A DNA stretch of 64,000 bases from Octopus sinensis. Its lineage: Eukaryota. This document shows, piece after piece, positions 25,974-38,908 of the stretch. The number at the start of each line of letters is the position of its first letter. Position 1 is the stretch's first letter. Location: the NCBI RefSeq assembly GCF_006345805.1, contig NC_043002.1:13392001-13456000 (forward strand). Reading direction: 5' to 3'. The notes under the pieces were generated by a model. The model did not search any database and was not told the DNA's origin. It saw only the letters and a program-made list of their open reading frames with translations. Made by a program: the position numbers and the translations under genes.

Positions 25974-26300
25974 TGCTAAGACCCCCTTCGGTCATGACTG
26001 ACCGTGGGATTACACCTAGAAAGTTACCCTCCCAGACACAAGTCCAGGCAAGGTTTATGGAAGACTAGCAGTCGCCCATGCATACCGGCCTCCTCTCTCC
26101 ACGCCACTGATGTTATCCAAAGGAAAGGCAAAGGCCAATACAGCTTGGCACCAGTGGCGTCACAACTCATTTCTACAGCTGAGTGAACTGGAGCAACGTG
26201 TCTTGCTCAAGAACACAACACGCAGCCCAGTCCAGGATTCAAACTCACAAACTCACAATTGTAAGCTCGGCGCTCTAACCACTGAGCCATGCGCCTTCAC
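25974..26300 (-). mobile_element. tRNA-derived SINE (family E)
   Basis: Minus-strand head gaaggcgcatggctcagtggttagagcg; TSD gattctgttgt at 25963-25973 and 26301-26311. Confidence 0.8.
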
Positions 26301-26607
26301 GATTCTGTTGTAGAACTACCAAATTTGAAGCGTTTGGATTTAAATTAAAAACCTTCAATCGTAATTTTATATAAGAACATTTTTTAAGTTACATTCTAAA
26401 CATTAATTATTTCTCCTGTGATGTGTTCTGGTCTTGGGAAACTTGCTCCAGCATGTCTCATGTCCCATTCTCCAGAAGGGCAACCCGTTTGACAAATGTC
26501 TTGTATTAACTTGTTGTATTTCAAAGATAATAAACAAATGCAGTAACAACAATCTCCATCGTCTTGAAATTCTATCTCTCCTTCTATCCATCAGTACGAC
26601 TTTCGTC

Positions 26608-27058
26608 ATAATATAATGAAATTATTGTATACGGTGCTCAGGTGCACCACAACTTGTCAGAAAGTGCATATAAAGTACATGCAGTAATGTACAAATGTCT
26701 GGAAAGCGAACAATGTATGAGTCAGATACATGCTTGCGTGTGTATGGTGGGGAGAAAATCAGGTGTAGTGTTGGCGAATCTCAGGAAGCATGGAAGTTTT
26801 GAAGGATGCAGTGCTCCGACAACTAACAACTGATGCCGGCAGTCTGTTCCATGCTTCAGCAACTCTTAGCGTGAAAAAATGTTTCCGAAAGTGATGGGAG
26901 CTGTGCTGTTTTCTGACTTTGTAAACATGTCCACGGGTGTTAGACGGGTGGAGTTTGAAAAAGTGCTCAGAGTTATTGTTTGTAAGATGGTTAATAATTT
27001 TATGGGTGTCTGCCAAGTCAGTTGCTAGATGTCGGAGTCTCAATGTGTCCATGAAGTC
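26608..27058 (-). mobile_element. CR1-clade LINE 3' fragment (end of the RT ORF plus 3' UTR)
   Basis: ORF 26759..27052 contains TRGHVYKVRKQ...RKHFFTLRVAEAWNRLPASVV...SFK, the typical CR1 C-terminus; UTR ends in an ATT-rich tail. Confidence 0.85.
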
Positions 27059-28140
27059 TTACTTTCTTATGTTACTCTCATTTGGTGAAAGAAAGTTTTG
27101 CCCTTGACATCAAAGCTTTCAATTGTGTCTATCACATGAATTTCTTGTCTAAACCTCCCCACCTATAGACTATAGGTTCCAGCTATTTCTTGTTTTCTGA
27201 CTCAATGCTTTCCTATCAGATGGCATTATAATGGTATGTGTTGATGGTGGTCTCTCTGGGACAATATTTTCATCAGCTTTAGTGTATACCAGAATTCATT
27301 TTGACCTTTCCATATTTTTCTTCCCACACATCAGTGTGCACTCCTATGCAGGTACCACCCTTCGTTCCACCCTACATTTCTGCACCCAGGTATTATCTGC
27401 ATGCATTCAGTAGACAGAAATTGTGTGGAAGCCCATTGTGTTTGCCCATCTCACCTGACAACTAGTATTGGTTTGTTTGCATCCCTGTAACTTAGCAGTT
27501 TGGCAGAAAGAGAATAATACAATTAGTCAATTAGTACCAGACTCGAAAAGTAAGTATTGGGGTTGATTTGTTCAACGAAACTCTTCAGAGCAATACACAG
27601 GATGGCCACATTCCTGTCATTGGAACAAGTAAAAGGAAAATGAACCTTACTATTCTCAGGGAATCTATGAAGGCCATAGGCACAGTTTATTCTTTTAGAT
27701 TGAACTGATAAATGAGTAGAATAACAAAGTTTAATGTCATAAAAAATTATTTTACTACTAATCTAAAACAAATGCATAGACACTATTTTAATTAGTCTAC
27801 ATGCTATGAAAGGGTTGGCATTAGGACGGGCATCTGGCCTTAGAAAATATGTCTGCACACACACATAATGAGATAGACAATAATATAAATAAAGGAGGAA
27901 GAGTAAATGACAAATAGATATTATTTCATTTGGAAATTAGCACTTCTTCAATTTTTGTATTTGTACCCAAATATTTGATAAAATTGTTAAATTGTAATAA
28001 TTATATATATGCCATACTTCCTGATATTAGCCATGGTGGCTAAAACAGATTTCCAGAATTACCTGTCGTATGATTGGTAACACTCTACTATTAGTAGTAG
28101 TAGTAATAAGAATAATAATGATATTAAAATTTCTTTTCAG

Positions 28141-28218
28141 CCACATAGTGGAAACTGAAGGTCTAAAAGGATTATTTAAAGGACTTGGCCCGAATCTTGT
28201 TGGAGTTGCTCCTTCACG
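28141..28218 (+). CDS. SLC25A36: Carrier coding exon 3 (78 nt): [26 protein letters not shown]
   Basis: Acceptor ttcttttcag ends 28140; donor CG|gtaaat; in frame with exon 2; conserved [DE]G..[YF][KR]G motif. Confidence 0.95.
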
Positions 28219-28389
28219 GTAAATATCTTCCTGATTATTTTTTGTTTGTCTTTTGCAGTTTATAAATTATTATGATTACATTTACATATGATGTTTGTGT
28301 GTGTGTGTGTGTGTGTGTGTGCAGGAAGTCCAGACTTACCTTTAATGAATATATTTGTTGAGGCAAGTGAAATCGAAATAAAATTTGAT

Positions 28390-28800
28390 GACTGGCATTC
28401 GTGCTAGTGGAGCACTAGGAGCACCATCCAAGCATGATCGTTGCCAGAGCGGCTAACTGGCTTCCGTGCCAGTGGCATGTAAAAAGCACCATTCGAGCGT
28501 GATCGTTACCAGCGTTGCCTTACTGGCACTTGTGCAGGTGACACGTAAAAAAAAAACACCACCATTTGGGCGTGGCCATTGCCAGTACCGCTAGACTGGC
28601 CTTTGTGCCGGCAGCACATAAAAGTACCCACTACATTCTCGGAGTCGTTGGCATTAAGAAGGGCATCCAGCTGTAGAAACTTTGCCAGATCAGATTGGAG
28701 CCTGGTGCAGCCATCTGGTTCGCCAGTCCTCTGTCAAATCATCCAACCCATGCCAGCATGGATAGCAGGCATTAAACGATGATGATTATGATGATGATTG
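28390..28800 (+). mobile_element. RTE LINE 3'-UTR fragment (family C)
   Basis: Subunit repeats, core and (GAT)n tail present. Confidence 0.75.
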
Positions 28801-29706
28801 ATTAATGACTCACATCATCTGAAGTTATGTGGCTTTGTTGTTAGGGTCATAATTGTGAGGTGAGTTTGATTTCCAGTGCCTCATTGTATACTTGAGCAAG
28901 ATACTTTATTTCATTTTGCTCCAGTTCAGTTAGCTACCAAAAAGGAGTAGTTCCTGTATTTTAAAGGGTCAGCCTTTACACACTCTGTGTTACGCTGAAT
29001 TTACCTGAGAACAAACATTGAGTTCACCTGTTTGTGGAGCGTCTGGCTACTTGCTTGCTAATTTCATTAGCAGGCTGTTTCTGTGGATTGGATCTACCCG
29101 AACCCTCAATCATTGTAACCAATGGAGTTCCAGTTATTGATTCACAAATATCTTATTTCTGAAGTCATATTATCCATCATCGTTTTCATAGATGAAAACT
29201 CTGTGGAAACACATTTACCAAAGCAGGCTTGCTTCTATTCTTTCTAGCCTTTGTACGTCTATGTTTCAGTGTTCACGTCTTGCTATCATACAACATTTGC
29301 ACTTCATATACTTGAATACAGATATGTGCAAACATCTTACAATCTGCTCTTCATTCATAGAAATAAACTGTTCATTCATCAACAGAAAACCACTTAGGAT
29401 TGTTTTTTTGTTTTACTCGGTCCTTACTCTGGTTCCTGTGCTTTCACAGTCGTCCACCAATTACTTGTTAGTACTTTTGGGTAACAGAAGCCAACAACTG
29501 TGTCTATTGGGCCTCTTGGACTGTTAAAAGATCTTATTTCTTAGGTCATCATACTGTTTAGTTATTCCTGTGAGTTTTTTCTTCTCTGCTTGTCCAATAT
29601 CCAACTGCTCCTTTCTTCCATTAAATTACACTATATAGAGTTCTTTTCCTACCTATTTTCTTTCTGCTTATTGAGTATGGTCCCTTCAGTGTTAATCTTT
29701 TGCTCT

Positions 29707-30069
29707 TTGACTGCGGCCATGCTGGAGCACCGCCTTTAGTCGAGCAAATTGACCCCAGGACTTATTCTTTGGAAGCCTAGTACTTATTCTATTGGGCTCT
29801 TTTGCTGAACCACTAAGTTACAGGGAAATAAAAAAGCACACCACCATCGGTTGTCAAGCAATGTTGGGGAGACAAACACACACACATATATATATACATA
29901 TACGTATATATGCTGGGCTTCTTTCAGTTTCTATCTACCAAATCCACTCACAAGGCTTTGGTTGTCCCGAACCTATAGTAGAAGTCATTTGCCCAAAGTG
30001 CTATGCAATGGGAATGAACCCACAACCTTGTGGTTGGTAAGCAAGCTACTTACCACACAGCCACTCCTG
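29707..30069 (-). mobile_element. SINE family A
   Basis: Family sequence match. Confidence 0.8.
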
Positions 30070-30854
30070 TTAGTTCACTTTCTTTATCTTTTACTTGCTT
30101 CAATCATTGGACTGCAGCCATGCTGTCACTGCCTTGAATATCAACTTGTGCCCTCTCCTGAAATTGCTGGCTTTGTGCCAAAATTTGCAATCGATATATA
30201 TAAAGGGCTTCTACATATTTTCTGTCTACCAAATTCACTCATAAGGCAATAACTAGTGACCAAGACCTTTGGGAATATGCTGTGCTTGAGAAGACGCAGC
30301 AAGCCAGGGGTGTAAATATCAATTATTTATTTATTTTTTGTGCCCTTATCAGTACTTGTTTTTTAGGGTTAGTACTTACTCAGTTGATCTCTTTTGCTGA
30401 ACCACTAAGTTAATGGAATGTAAACAAACCAACATCGGTTGCCAAGCAGTGGTGGTGGAGCAAACATAAAAACACACACACACCAATAGAGACCAACAAA
30501 TAAATTATGTGGTATTGCTCCAATCACTTCATTAAGAGATTCTATTGCATTGTAGTATCATATAAGCAGGTATATATGAGGGGCAACATCGATAAGATAA
30601 TGTAGCGCACAACAGGGAATCTCAAATGCTAGGCTGCGTTGTGTTGTGTGAGTTCAGGTACTGACATGCTGCTGGGCAGTATAAGCTCAACAGGACATTG
30701 TTCACCTGCTGATTTGTATTTTACCATATTAGCCATTAATTTGATATTCCCTGGTTTTGATCAATCCTCTTAAACACTCACTTTCTCCGTCTCTCTCTCT
30801 CTCTCTCCACACTCATATGTACATAGTGTATTTTTATGAGCTACCAATAGTCTT

Positions 30855-31207
30855 CCGTGCTGGTGGCACGTAAAAAGTCAACATTCAAGCATGATCATTA
30901 CTAGCGTCGCTTTACTGGCACTTGAAAAAACATTCCAGCAAGGTCGTTGCCAGAGCCGCTGGACTGGCTCCTGTGCAGGTGGCACATAAAAACACACCGT
31001 TGTCAGTACCGCCTGACTGGCCTACGTGCCAGTGGCATGTAAAAACACCCACTACACTCTCAGAGTGGTTGGCGTTAGGAAGGGCATCCAGCTGTAGAAA
31101 CTCTGCCAGATGAAGATTGGAGTTTGGTGCAGCCATCTGGTTCGCCAGTCTTCAGTCAAATCGTCCAACCCATGCTAGCATGGAAAGTGGACATTAAACG
31201 ATGATGT
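30855..31207 (+). mobile_element. RTE LINE 3'-UTR fragment (family C)
   Basis: Family sequence match with tail. Confidence 0.75.
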
Positions 31208-33154
31208 TGCACCATTGGCATATCATAGCTTTCCCCTTTGCTAGATTTTGAAAACAGCAACTTTAAAGTAATGAAATATTGGTCAGGGTGACAATACAGC
31301 TACTTCGTAATACCACTGCGTAGTATTCCATTAGTTTAGTGTCTGAATTAATGGAAACAGTTTAACAAATGTTTATATATGCATGAGAACATTCATCTTT
31401 AAATAACTGGCCATTCATTGAAGTTCGTTATGTAAATAACAAGATGACAATTGTTTATTTGTTAATAGACTTAACTTTGCTGTGCAGTTATTATTTGTGC
31501 TGTGTTAGCTCCGCTGATATTTTCTTGTTTTTCTTTTTGTCAATGCATATATGTATATATGTAGATATATGTATAGACATTTACATGCACGCACGCACAT
31601 GTGTGTGTGTAAATGGACATAATATGCAAATAGATTCCTACACAGTCTTTGTTTAGCAAGTTTAACTCACAAATGAGGTTTTTACACTGAAACTATGTTT
31701 GGAAGAAACTTGCCCAAGATGTCACACAATGGAATTGAACCCAGAACACAGGAGATGAGAAGCAAACTTCTTAACCATATAGCTGTGTCTGCAGTTGTGT
31801 GTGTGTTGGTACATATTTCTTTCGAGGTGCAAAGAAATATAATACAAGGAAAACCAAAGACACCAAAACAGCCAAAAGTATACAACACATTCACAGTAAA
31901 ATGGCACACTGTTTTAATGCGACCCCGAAAGAAACTTTGTGCCACAATCAGGTAGTCCCTGCTCATGTTGTCAACCTTGCTCAAAAAAGCAACCTACTTT
32001 AATTCTCTGTTTCTGTGGAGCCATCAGCTGATCCTTCATATTGATCAAACTCTCTTGGTAGTCCTAAGGGCCCATTTGTTGGGATTGCTGGATTGTGAAA
32101 TGTTTTGCACACCTGGTGTGACCCCTGCCTTGCCAGCTCCTGTCAAGCCATCCAACCTATGATGCAGTCTTCCCCTTTCATATGGCAGATGATTCCCCTT
32201 ATACCTGATTTTTCTGCCTCAACTTTTTTGAGCTCACTCATTCAGACACACTAAGCATTACACATTCAGTGGAACATACTTTCCTAATTTGTTCCAGTCT
32301 GAATTCTCATCCTTTGTATTTAATACCCCTGTAGCTTATTTATTCTCTCTACTACCACAAACTCATTCCTGTTCTTTCTATCATATTTCAATCTCTCATC
32401 ACCTAACATAGGGCAGCCTCCTTCTTTACTATATTGCCATTCAGTTTTTTAAAAAAGGGTGCTTTGTAGTTTAAAAAAAGGTATATGGTGACCTCACCAG
32501 TTCTTGTATCATGAAAGAAACCACCAGTACACTTTGTAAAGTTATTGGCTTAAAAAAAGGCATCTGGCTGTGGAAACCATGCCAGCCTGGAAGACTTATA
32601 TTAAATTGTGATGACGGTGAAGATGATGATACAATCACTGCGAGAGAGAGTGAGAGAAAGAGAATGGATTTCTTATCAACAGATGTAACTTATGATTCAT
32701 TTTCACACTAATCACCTGCTTAAGTGATTTATCATGTGACAAAAAGAATCCGATATAGACAGAAATTTTAAGTAGCAGCAAAATGAATTACCATCTTTGA
32801 AATAATAAATAAACGAACCCTGTGATATCTATTTAGTATTCTTTCTCCTATTCCAGATGTGTGTGTCTGTGTTTATATTCAGTAAACATGCACTGAGTAA
32901 AGGGTTCAAATACTGCCCATGTAATGTTTAATATTAATGGTAACTGTTTACTTCAAAGTTTCTCTGATAGAACTGGCTTCTCTGGTTCTTGCAAAGAAAG
33001 CAGAGTTTAAATTAATATCTTATGAGAGCCATGCAAACCATTTGCTGGGGTGTTGCCAATGAAATGACAGTTAGCAACAAGTCCAATAAGGAACTTAGTG
33101 AGGTGATAGTGTATAGATAAGGATTGGGTTGTCTGCTCCTTCTATTTATTTTTG

Positions 33155-33565
33155 GGATCTTTTTGGTTTGAATGGCAGTTTTTTCTAGCAGTGTCAATGA
33201 AATTGTCACCCCTAATTATGACCCTAGCATCGATCTATTGCATTTCAATCTGTTTTAGGGTTAGGGGTGGGGGGAAGGGTATCTTTTTTTCTTCACAAAT
33301 GTAAAACCCAATCTGTTTCTTAAACAAGGAACATATTCATACGGCACAGAATGTTTTTATTTTTACCTCAATGGACATCATTGATTGGTAGAAATTGCAG
33401 AAATTGAAGAAAAAAACAACAAATATCTTACAAACTATAGAATTTTCTCAATAAAGCCAAGAGAAAAAGATGTTTTATAAACACATTCTACCAGTATACG
33501 AAGTTTAAAATTTTTTAGTTACCTAGAAATTATGTTAAAAACTGCCATTCAAACCGAAGAGATCC
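33155..33565. mobile_element. hAT-type MITE
   Basis: TIRs plus perfect 8-bp TSD tatttttg (33147-33154, 33566-33573). Confidence 0.88.
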
Positions 33566-33769
33566 TATTTTTGTTCTTCTGGTTATAATAGAATTTAAAA
33601 CTCGCCATCTGTGGGAATCCTTGTATGCTCACATTGTTGTCATAATGAAATCAAAGAATTAGAGGAAATTTTCTGAGAACGGAAATAGGGTTCAGAAGTG
33701 TAAATGTGAACCTAACATATCAATAGTTTTATTTGGCTTGAAAAAATATGGTTGTTGATGGAATATAAA

Positions 33770-33960
33770 TGTGTTGAGAGAAAAACTGGGTCTATTACAA
33801 GTTAGAGAGAAGACTACTGTTTGCATATGGAGGATGACATTTGGGTGATAAAGAACTGCCATATTACACAAGTAGAAGGAACCTGAGAAAGAGGGCCACA
33901 TGGCAAAAAGTGTGAAAGCTGTTGTTAGGGTGTTAAACTGCATGAAGGTGACAAAGGAGT
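33770..33960 (+). mobile_element. Degenerate RTE ORF C-terminal fragment
   Basis: With frameshifts it translates to VLREKLGL...MEDDIWVIKNCHITQVEGT*ERG, resembling the 36093 peptide. Confidence 0.45.
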
Positions 33961-34699
33961 GCAACAACTAGTGAGGGGTGTTTAAGGGGACACACACACG
34001 GCATAACACATTTTAAGTAGATTTAAAGAGTGCATACTCTCTTTTACTTCTTTCAGTCATTTGACTGCGGCCATGCTGGAGCACCACCTTTAGTAAGCAA
34101 ATCAACCCCAGGATTTATTCTTTGGAAGCCTAGTATTTATTCCATTGGTCTCTTTTGCCGAACCGCTAAGTTACGGGGATGTAAACACACCACCATCGGT
34201 TGTCAAGCAATGTTGGGGACAAACACAGACACACAAGCATATACACACACATACACACTCTGGGAATGGTTGACGTTAGGAAGGGCATCCAGCTGTAGAA
34301 ACTCTGCCAGATCAAGGCTGGAGCCTGGTGCAGCCATCTGGTTCGCCAGTCCATGCTAGCTTGGAAAGCAGACGTTAAACGATGATGATGATGATGATTT
34401 CTTATGAAATACATTATCTTTTGTTTCAATTCATTTTCCAAATAAGGAAGCGTTTTGTACAATAACTTTTGGCTGATGTCAGGAACACAGATTAATATGA
34501 AACTTTGATGGAAATCGAACCAAGTGCGTTCTTGGGCGGGTTCGTATCAAAAGAGTTAAACAGAGCAAAACCTGTAGATATAAAGAATAATCTAGGAGTT
34601 TCTTTCGCTGTTTTTATATTCATTCTTGCTGGTGTAGGTTCTACTTTTTGTTGCTGGTGTCTAACTCTGATTGAGCCATCCTGTGGCCAGTCATTACTG

Positions 34700-35056
34700 A
34701 AATCGGAATTGAAATCGAAATCGCTCAAAAATCAATGGAAATTGTAGTTGTGATACCAGTGCCGGTGGCACGTAAAAGAACCATCCGAACGTGGCCGTTG
34801 CCAGCGCCGCCCCGACTGGCCTCCATGCCGGTGGCATGTAAAAAGCACCAACCAATCGTGGCCATTGCCAGTCTCACCTGGTACGTAAAAAGCACCCACT
34901 ACACTCACGGAGTAGTTGGCGTTAGGAAGGGCATCCAGCTGTAGAAACACTGCCAGATCAGACTGGGCCTGGTGCAGCCTCCTGCCTTCCCAGACCCCAG
35001 TCGAACCATCCAACCCATGCAAGCATGGAAAGCGGATGTTAAACGATGATGATGAT
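34700..35056 (+). mobile_element. RTE LINE 3'-UTR fragment (family C)
   Basis: Closely similar to 19520-19875; (GAT)n tail. Confidence 0.8.
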
Positions 35057-36092
35057 AAAGGTGTGATTTGAGGGCGATACAACTGCAAATAATCGACTGT
35101 ATAGAGGCCCCTCTTTTGTATGATGGACACTCCATTTCTATCATTAGAAAAGTATTAATCTAATTATTGGTTTTCAATGTTAACCTTTTGATAACAACCC
35201 ACCTGAGACCACCTCTATGACTTGTTATAAAGTAATCTAAATTAAAATCTGCAGCTGTGGATGGAAAAGCTGGAGAACAATCCTTTTCCAATTGACATAA
35301 AAATCCCTCCTCTTGCTGAAGACTTCTCTCTTGGCTCAGAAGCACCATGGATTCAGTTGAAGACACTCAATCACTTGAGAATTAAAACTGGACAATAAAA
35401 AGTTGCTATGATCAGTGGTGCACAACACTGGCCCAACCACTTGTGAAGGTGGCAAAGCAGGCCATATTATGAAGAACTGCCTTGAATGCCCCCTATTAAC
35501 CAACCGTAACAGCTCAAAGGACCTTCCATACTCTTTTACTCTTTACTCTTTTACTTGTTTCAGTCATTTGACTTTGGCCATGCTGGAGCACTGCCATTAG
35601 TCAAGCAAATCGACCCCAGGACTTATTCTTTGTAAGCCTAGTACTTATCCTATCGGTTTCTTTTGCCGAACCGCTAAGTTATGGGGACGTAAACACACCA
35701 GCATCGGTTGTCAAGCGATGTTGGGTGGACAAACACAGACATACAAACATACATACACACATACATAGTTCAATAAAAATGCAAAGAACTTTGTGAAACA
35801 AATGAAAAATTGGTCACATAACAATTATGCATTGAAGAATTGAAAGAAGAATTAAAACTTGCTTAATAATGACAGTTATTGTATTAAATTCGTTATTGTT
35901 TCCAAAATTGATTGAAATGAAAGTAATGAATGTCAACTGAAATATGGCTGTAAAAGGATGAAAGTGATTTAAATCAAAACCTTTCAGGAAAATTTCCATG
36001 TTTAATTTGTGTTCGAAGCTCCAGCTTAATAAAGATAGTTGTTTCATTAAGTTCTTCGTTGTTTTCAAAATTAATTAAAACAATGGTAATAT

Positions 36093-36734
36093 ATGGATGT
36101 GGAGAGATGTGTGAAGAAGTGCCACTCCCAAACAGTTGAAGAAATCCAGGGTAGAAGTAGACCCAGGAAGACATGGGATGAGGTGGTCAAGCATGACCTT
36201 TGAATGTTGGGTCTCACAGAGGCAATGACGAAAGACCGAAACCTTTGGAGATATGCTGTGTCTGTGAAGACCCGACAAATGAAGTGAGTTCATGGCTCGC
36301 AGGATGGCCTGCTGTGCTAACCTTGGATTGTAGAGTGACCTGCTGTTCTTGAGGAGACCTATTGAGTCAAGTACATCAACATCAAAATAAAAGTCAAATA
36401 GAAATTGTAGTTGTGATACCCGTGTCAGTGACATGTAAAAAGCACCATCTGAACGTGGCCGATGCCAGCGCTACCTTGACTGGCATCCATGCCGGTGGCA
36501 CATAAAAAGCACCAACCGACCGTGGCCGTTGCCAGTCTCCTCTGGCCCCTGTGCCGGTGGCACATAAAAAGCACCCACTACACTCACGGAGTGGTTGGCA
36601 TTAGGAAGGGCATCCAGCTGTAAAAACACTGCCAGATCAGACTAGAGCCTGGTGCAGCATCCTGGCTTTTCAGACCCTGGTCGAACTGTCCAACCCATGC
36701 TAGCATGGAAAACTGACGTTAAACGATGATGATG
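36093..36734 (+). mobile_element. RTE-clade LINE 3' end: ORF C-terminus plus long 3' UTR plus (GAT)n tail
   Basis: 36093-36287 translates MDVERCVKKCHSQTVEEIQGRSRPRKTWDEVVKHDL*MLGLTEAMTKDRNLWRYAV, containing the RTE GRGRPRKTW...DL..LGL...DR..WR motif; continues directly into family C sequence. Confidence 0.85.
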
Positions 36735-37414
36735 TAATATATATCATTAGTAGTACAGTAACAAAGTATTTGAAAAATGTTTATACCCAAGTTGATACAT
36801 TAGTTACTGCTACTTACATTCCATTTGTGGAAGTCGAAAAAGACATCTGCTTTCATCCTGGACAATTAAGACTAGCTCTGTCGTGACCTTCGCTTTATAA
36901 GATCAGGACATAAATGGTTTGATTAGTGCCTTTCTGAATGTATTTATAATCATGGAATCAAAAGCTGCTACTTAATATCAAATAAACTTCATAGAATTAC
37001 ATGTCAATAAAAAATGGAATCTTGAAAATGCGCATGTGAGTACTCCTATGCATACACACACACACACACAGGCATATGTGTATACACATGCCTCTTTCTG
37101 GATACTTATTGATCAGATGTATTGATAAGTATCCAGATTGTTGCCATAGTAATGAAGCTAAAGCACGCAGAGTAAAGCCGCTCTGCAAAGCTTGGTCATC
37201 TCTCTGTCTCATAGTCCACTCTGCTGGGTGGTTGACATTAGGAGTGGCATCCAGCTGTAAAAACCCTACCAAAATAGACATGGAAATCTGCTGCAGGCTC
37301 CTGCCTGGCCAGCTCATGTCAAACTGTCTAACCCATGCCAGTATGGAAGGCAGATGTTAAATGATGATGATGTTGATGATGATTTTACTTGTTTCGGTTA
37401 TTAGTGCGGCACCA

Positions 37415-37695
37415 TAGTAGCCCGCACTTTTAACCACTATGCCATATGCCCACAGGCATATGACGAAGTGGTTAAGAGCATGGGCTACTAACCCCAAGAT
37501 TCCGAGTTCGATTCCAAGCAGTGACCTGAACAATAATGATAATAATAATATCGAAAAATACCTTAGGAATGAGAACCCAGGTTTGAAATTTCCTCAAGAC
37601 ACCTGACGAAGGCTGGTGGGTATATCAGCCGAAACGTTGTGTTAACAACAAACAAGATGAGGACAAATATCCATCAAATGTAAATAATGAACAAT
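37415..37695 (+). mobile_element. tRNA-headed SINE-like element with 5' inverted repeat and Penelope-like, hammerhead-containing 3' part
   Basis: A-box-like tgacgaagtgg at 37461-37471 and B box gttcgattcc at 37506-37515; inverted head copy at 37415-37450; hammerhead core at 37598-37643. Confidence 0.65.
37598..37643 (+). ncRNA. Minimal type I hammerhead ribozyme motif (predicted)
   Basis: Stem I gacac (37598-37602)/gtgtt (37639-37643); CUGACGA at 37603-37609 plus an extra A; stem II ggctg/cagcc with a 10-nt loop; GAAAC at 37631-37635; GUU triplet at 37636-37638 within palindrome AACGTT. Confidence 0.6.
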
Positions 37696-37800
37696 ATCAG
37701 TAAAAGCCATTGTAAAGCTATCTCTCGCCATATCACGGTTCACCTATCGCACACTCAGTACATGCGGCAGATTTTCCTGGCTAATATATGTATTTATATA

Positions 37801-37959
37801 GCAGGAGTGGCTGTGTGGTAAGTAGATTGCTAACCAGCCACATGGTTCCGGGTTCAGTCCCACTGCGTGGCATCTTGGGCAAGTGTCTTCTACTATAGCC
37901 CCGGGCCGACCAATGCCTTGTGAGTGGATTTGGTAGACGGAAACTGAAAGAAGCCTGTC

Positions 37960-38000
<41 letters not shown>

Positions 38001-38200
38001 TGTGTGTCTGTGTTTGTCCCCCTAGCATTGCTTGACAACCGATGCTGGTGTGTTTACGTCGCCATCACTTAGCGGTTCGGCAAAAGTGACCGATAGAATA
38101 AGTACTGGGCTTACAAAGAATAAGTCCCGCAGTCGAGTTGCTCGACTAAAGGCGGTGCTCCAGCATGGCCGCAGTCAAATGACTGAAACAAGTAAAAGAG
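37801..38200 (+). mobile_element. SINE family A, full length, little diverged
   Basis: Family match with most CpGs retained. Confidence 0.85.
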
Positions 38201-38401
38201 ACTCCTCGGTATATCACGTGTTTCTGCAGCCGATTGGTATTTACATTTTTTTAGATTTTAATTATTTTTGTGAGAGGTTTCGGAACGTAACGCCTGCCAT
38301 AGTCAAAAGATTACTATATTACGTTTTGCAGGTAAATATTTAAAATATTTTAATTAGATGCACTTATGTATCAGTGGGAGACTTCTTTGAACTTTAGATG
38401 A

Positions 38402-38863
38402 ATTAACTCTTTGTTATTTGATCCAGCTACGTCTGGCGCAAATATTCTACCTGTTTTAAGTCCAAACTGACCAAATCCAACCACTCACCTATCCTACAAT
38501 GTCATTCTGAAAATATACAAGCACGCTATTGAAATTTTAAAACTATGAGATAACGCGTGATTAATTCAGAAAAATGTGAATAAATCATCATCATCATCAT
38601 CATCGTTTAGCGTCTGTTTTCCATGCTAGCATGGGTTGGACGGTTCAACTGGGATCTGGAATCCTAACGCCAACCACTCCGTGAGTGTAGTGGGTGCTTT
38701 TTACGTGCCAGACAAGTCTGGCAAACGACCACGATTGGATGGTGGTTTTCACGTGCCACCGGCACGAGGCCAGTCGGGGCGGCGCTGGCAACGTCCACGT
38801 TTGGATGGTTCTCTGGTATCACAGCTTACATTTGACAGAATAATCTGAATGCTAAAGGGTTAA
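38402..38863. mobile_element. Second piggyBac-type MITE family interrupted by a minus-strand family C fragment (~38584-38815)
   Basis: ttaactct... start and ...atctgaatgctaaagggttaa end; related copy at ~50700-51125. Confidence 0.6.
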
Positions 38864-38908
38864 ATATATGAGAGGAATTGTTGATAATGAAATTATTATT
38901 TTTTGGAT

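Noticed and set aside
26230-26300. tRNA genes (also at 37455, 41811, 62700)
   Set aside because: The A/B-box segments continue into SINE bodies and tails and do not form complete cloverleaves.
35310-35345. CTGAAGA followed by a hairpin as a hammerhead
   Set aside because: No GAAA follows the stem, so the core is incomplete.
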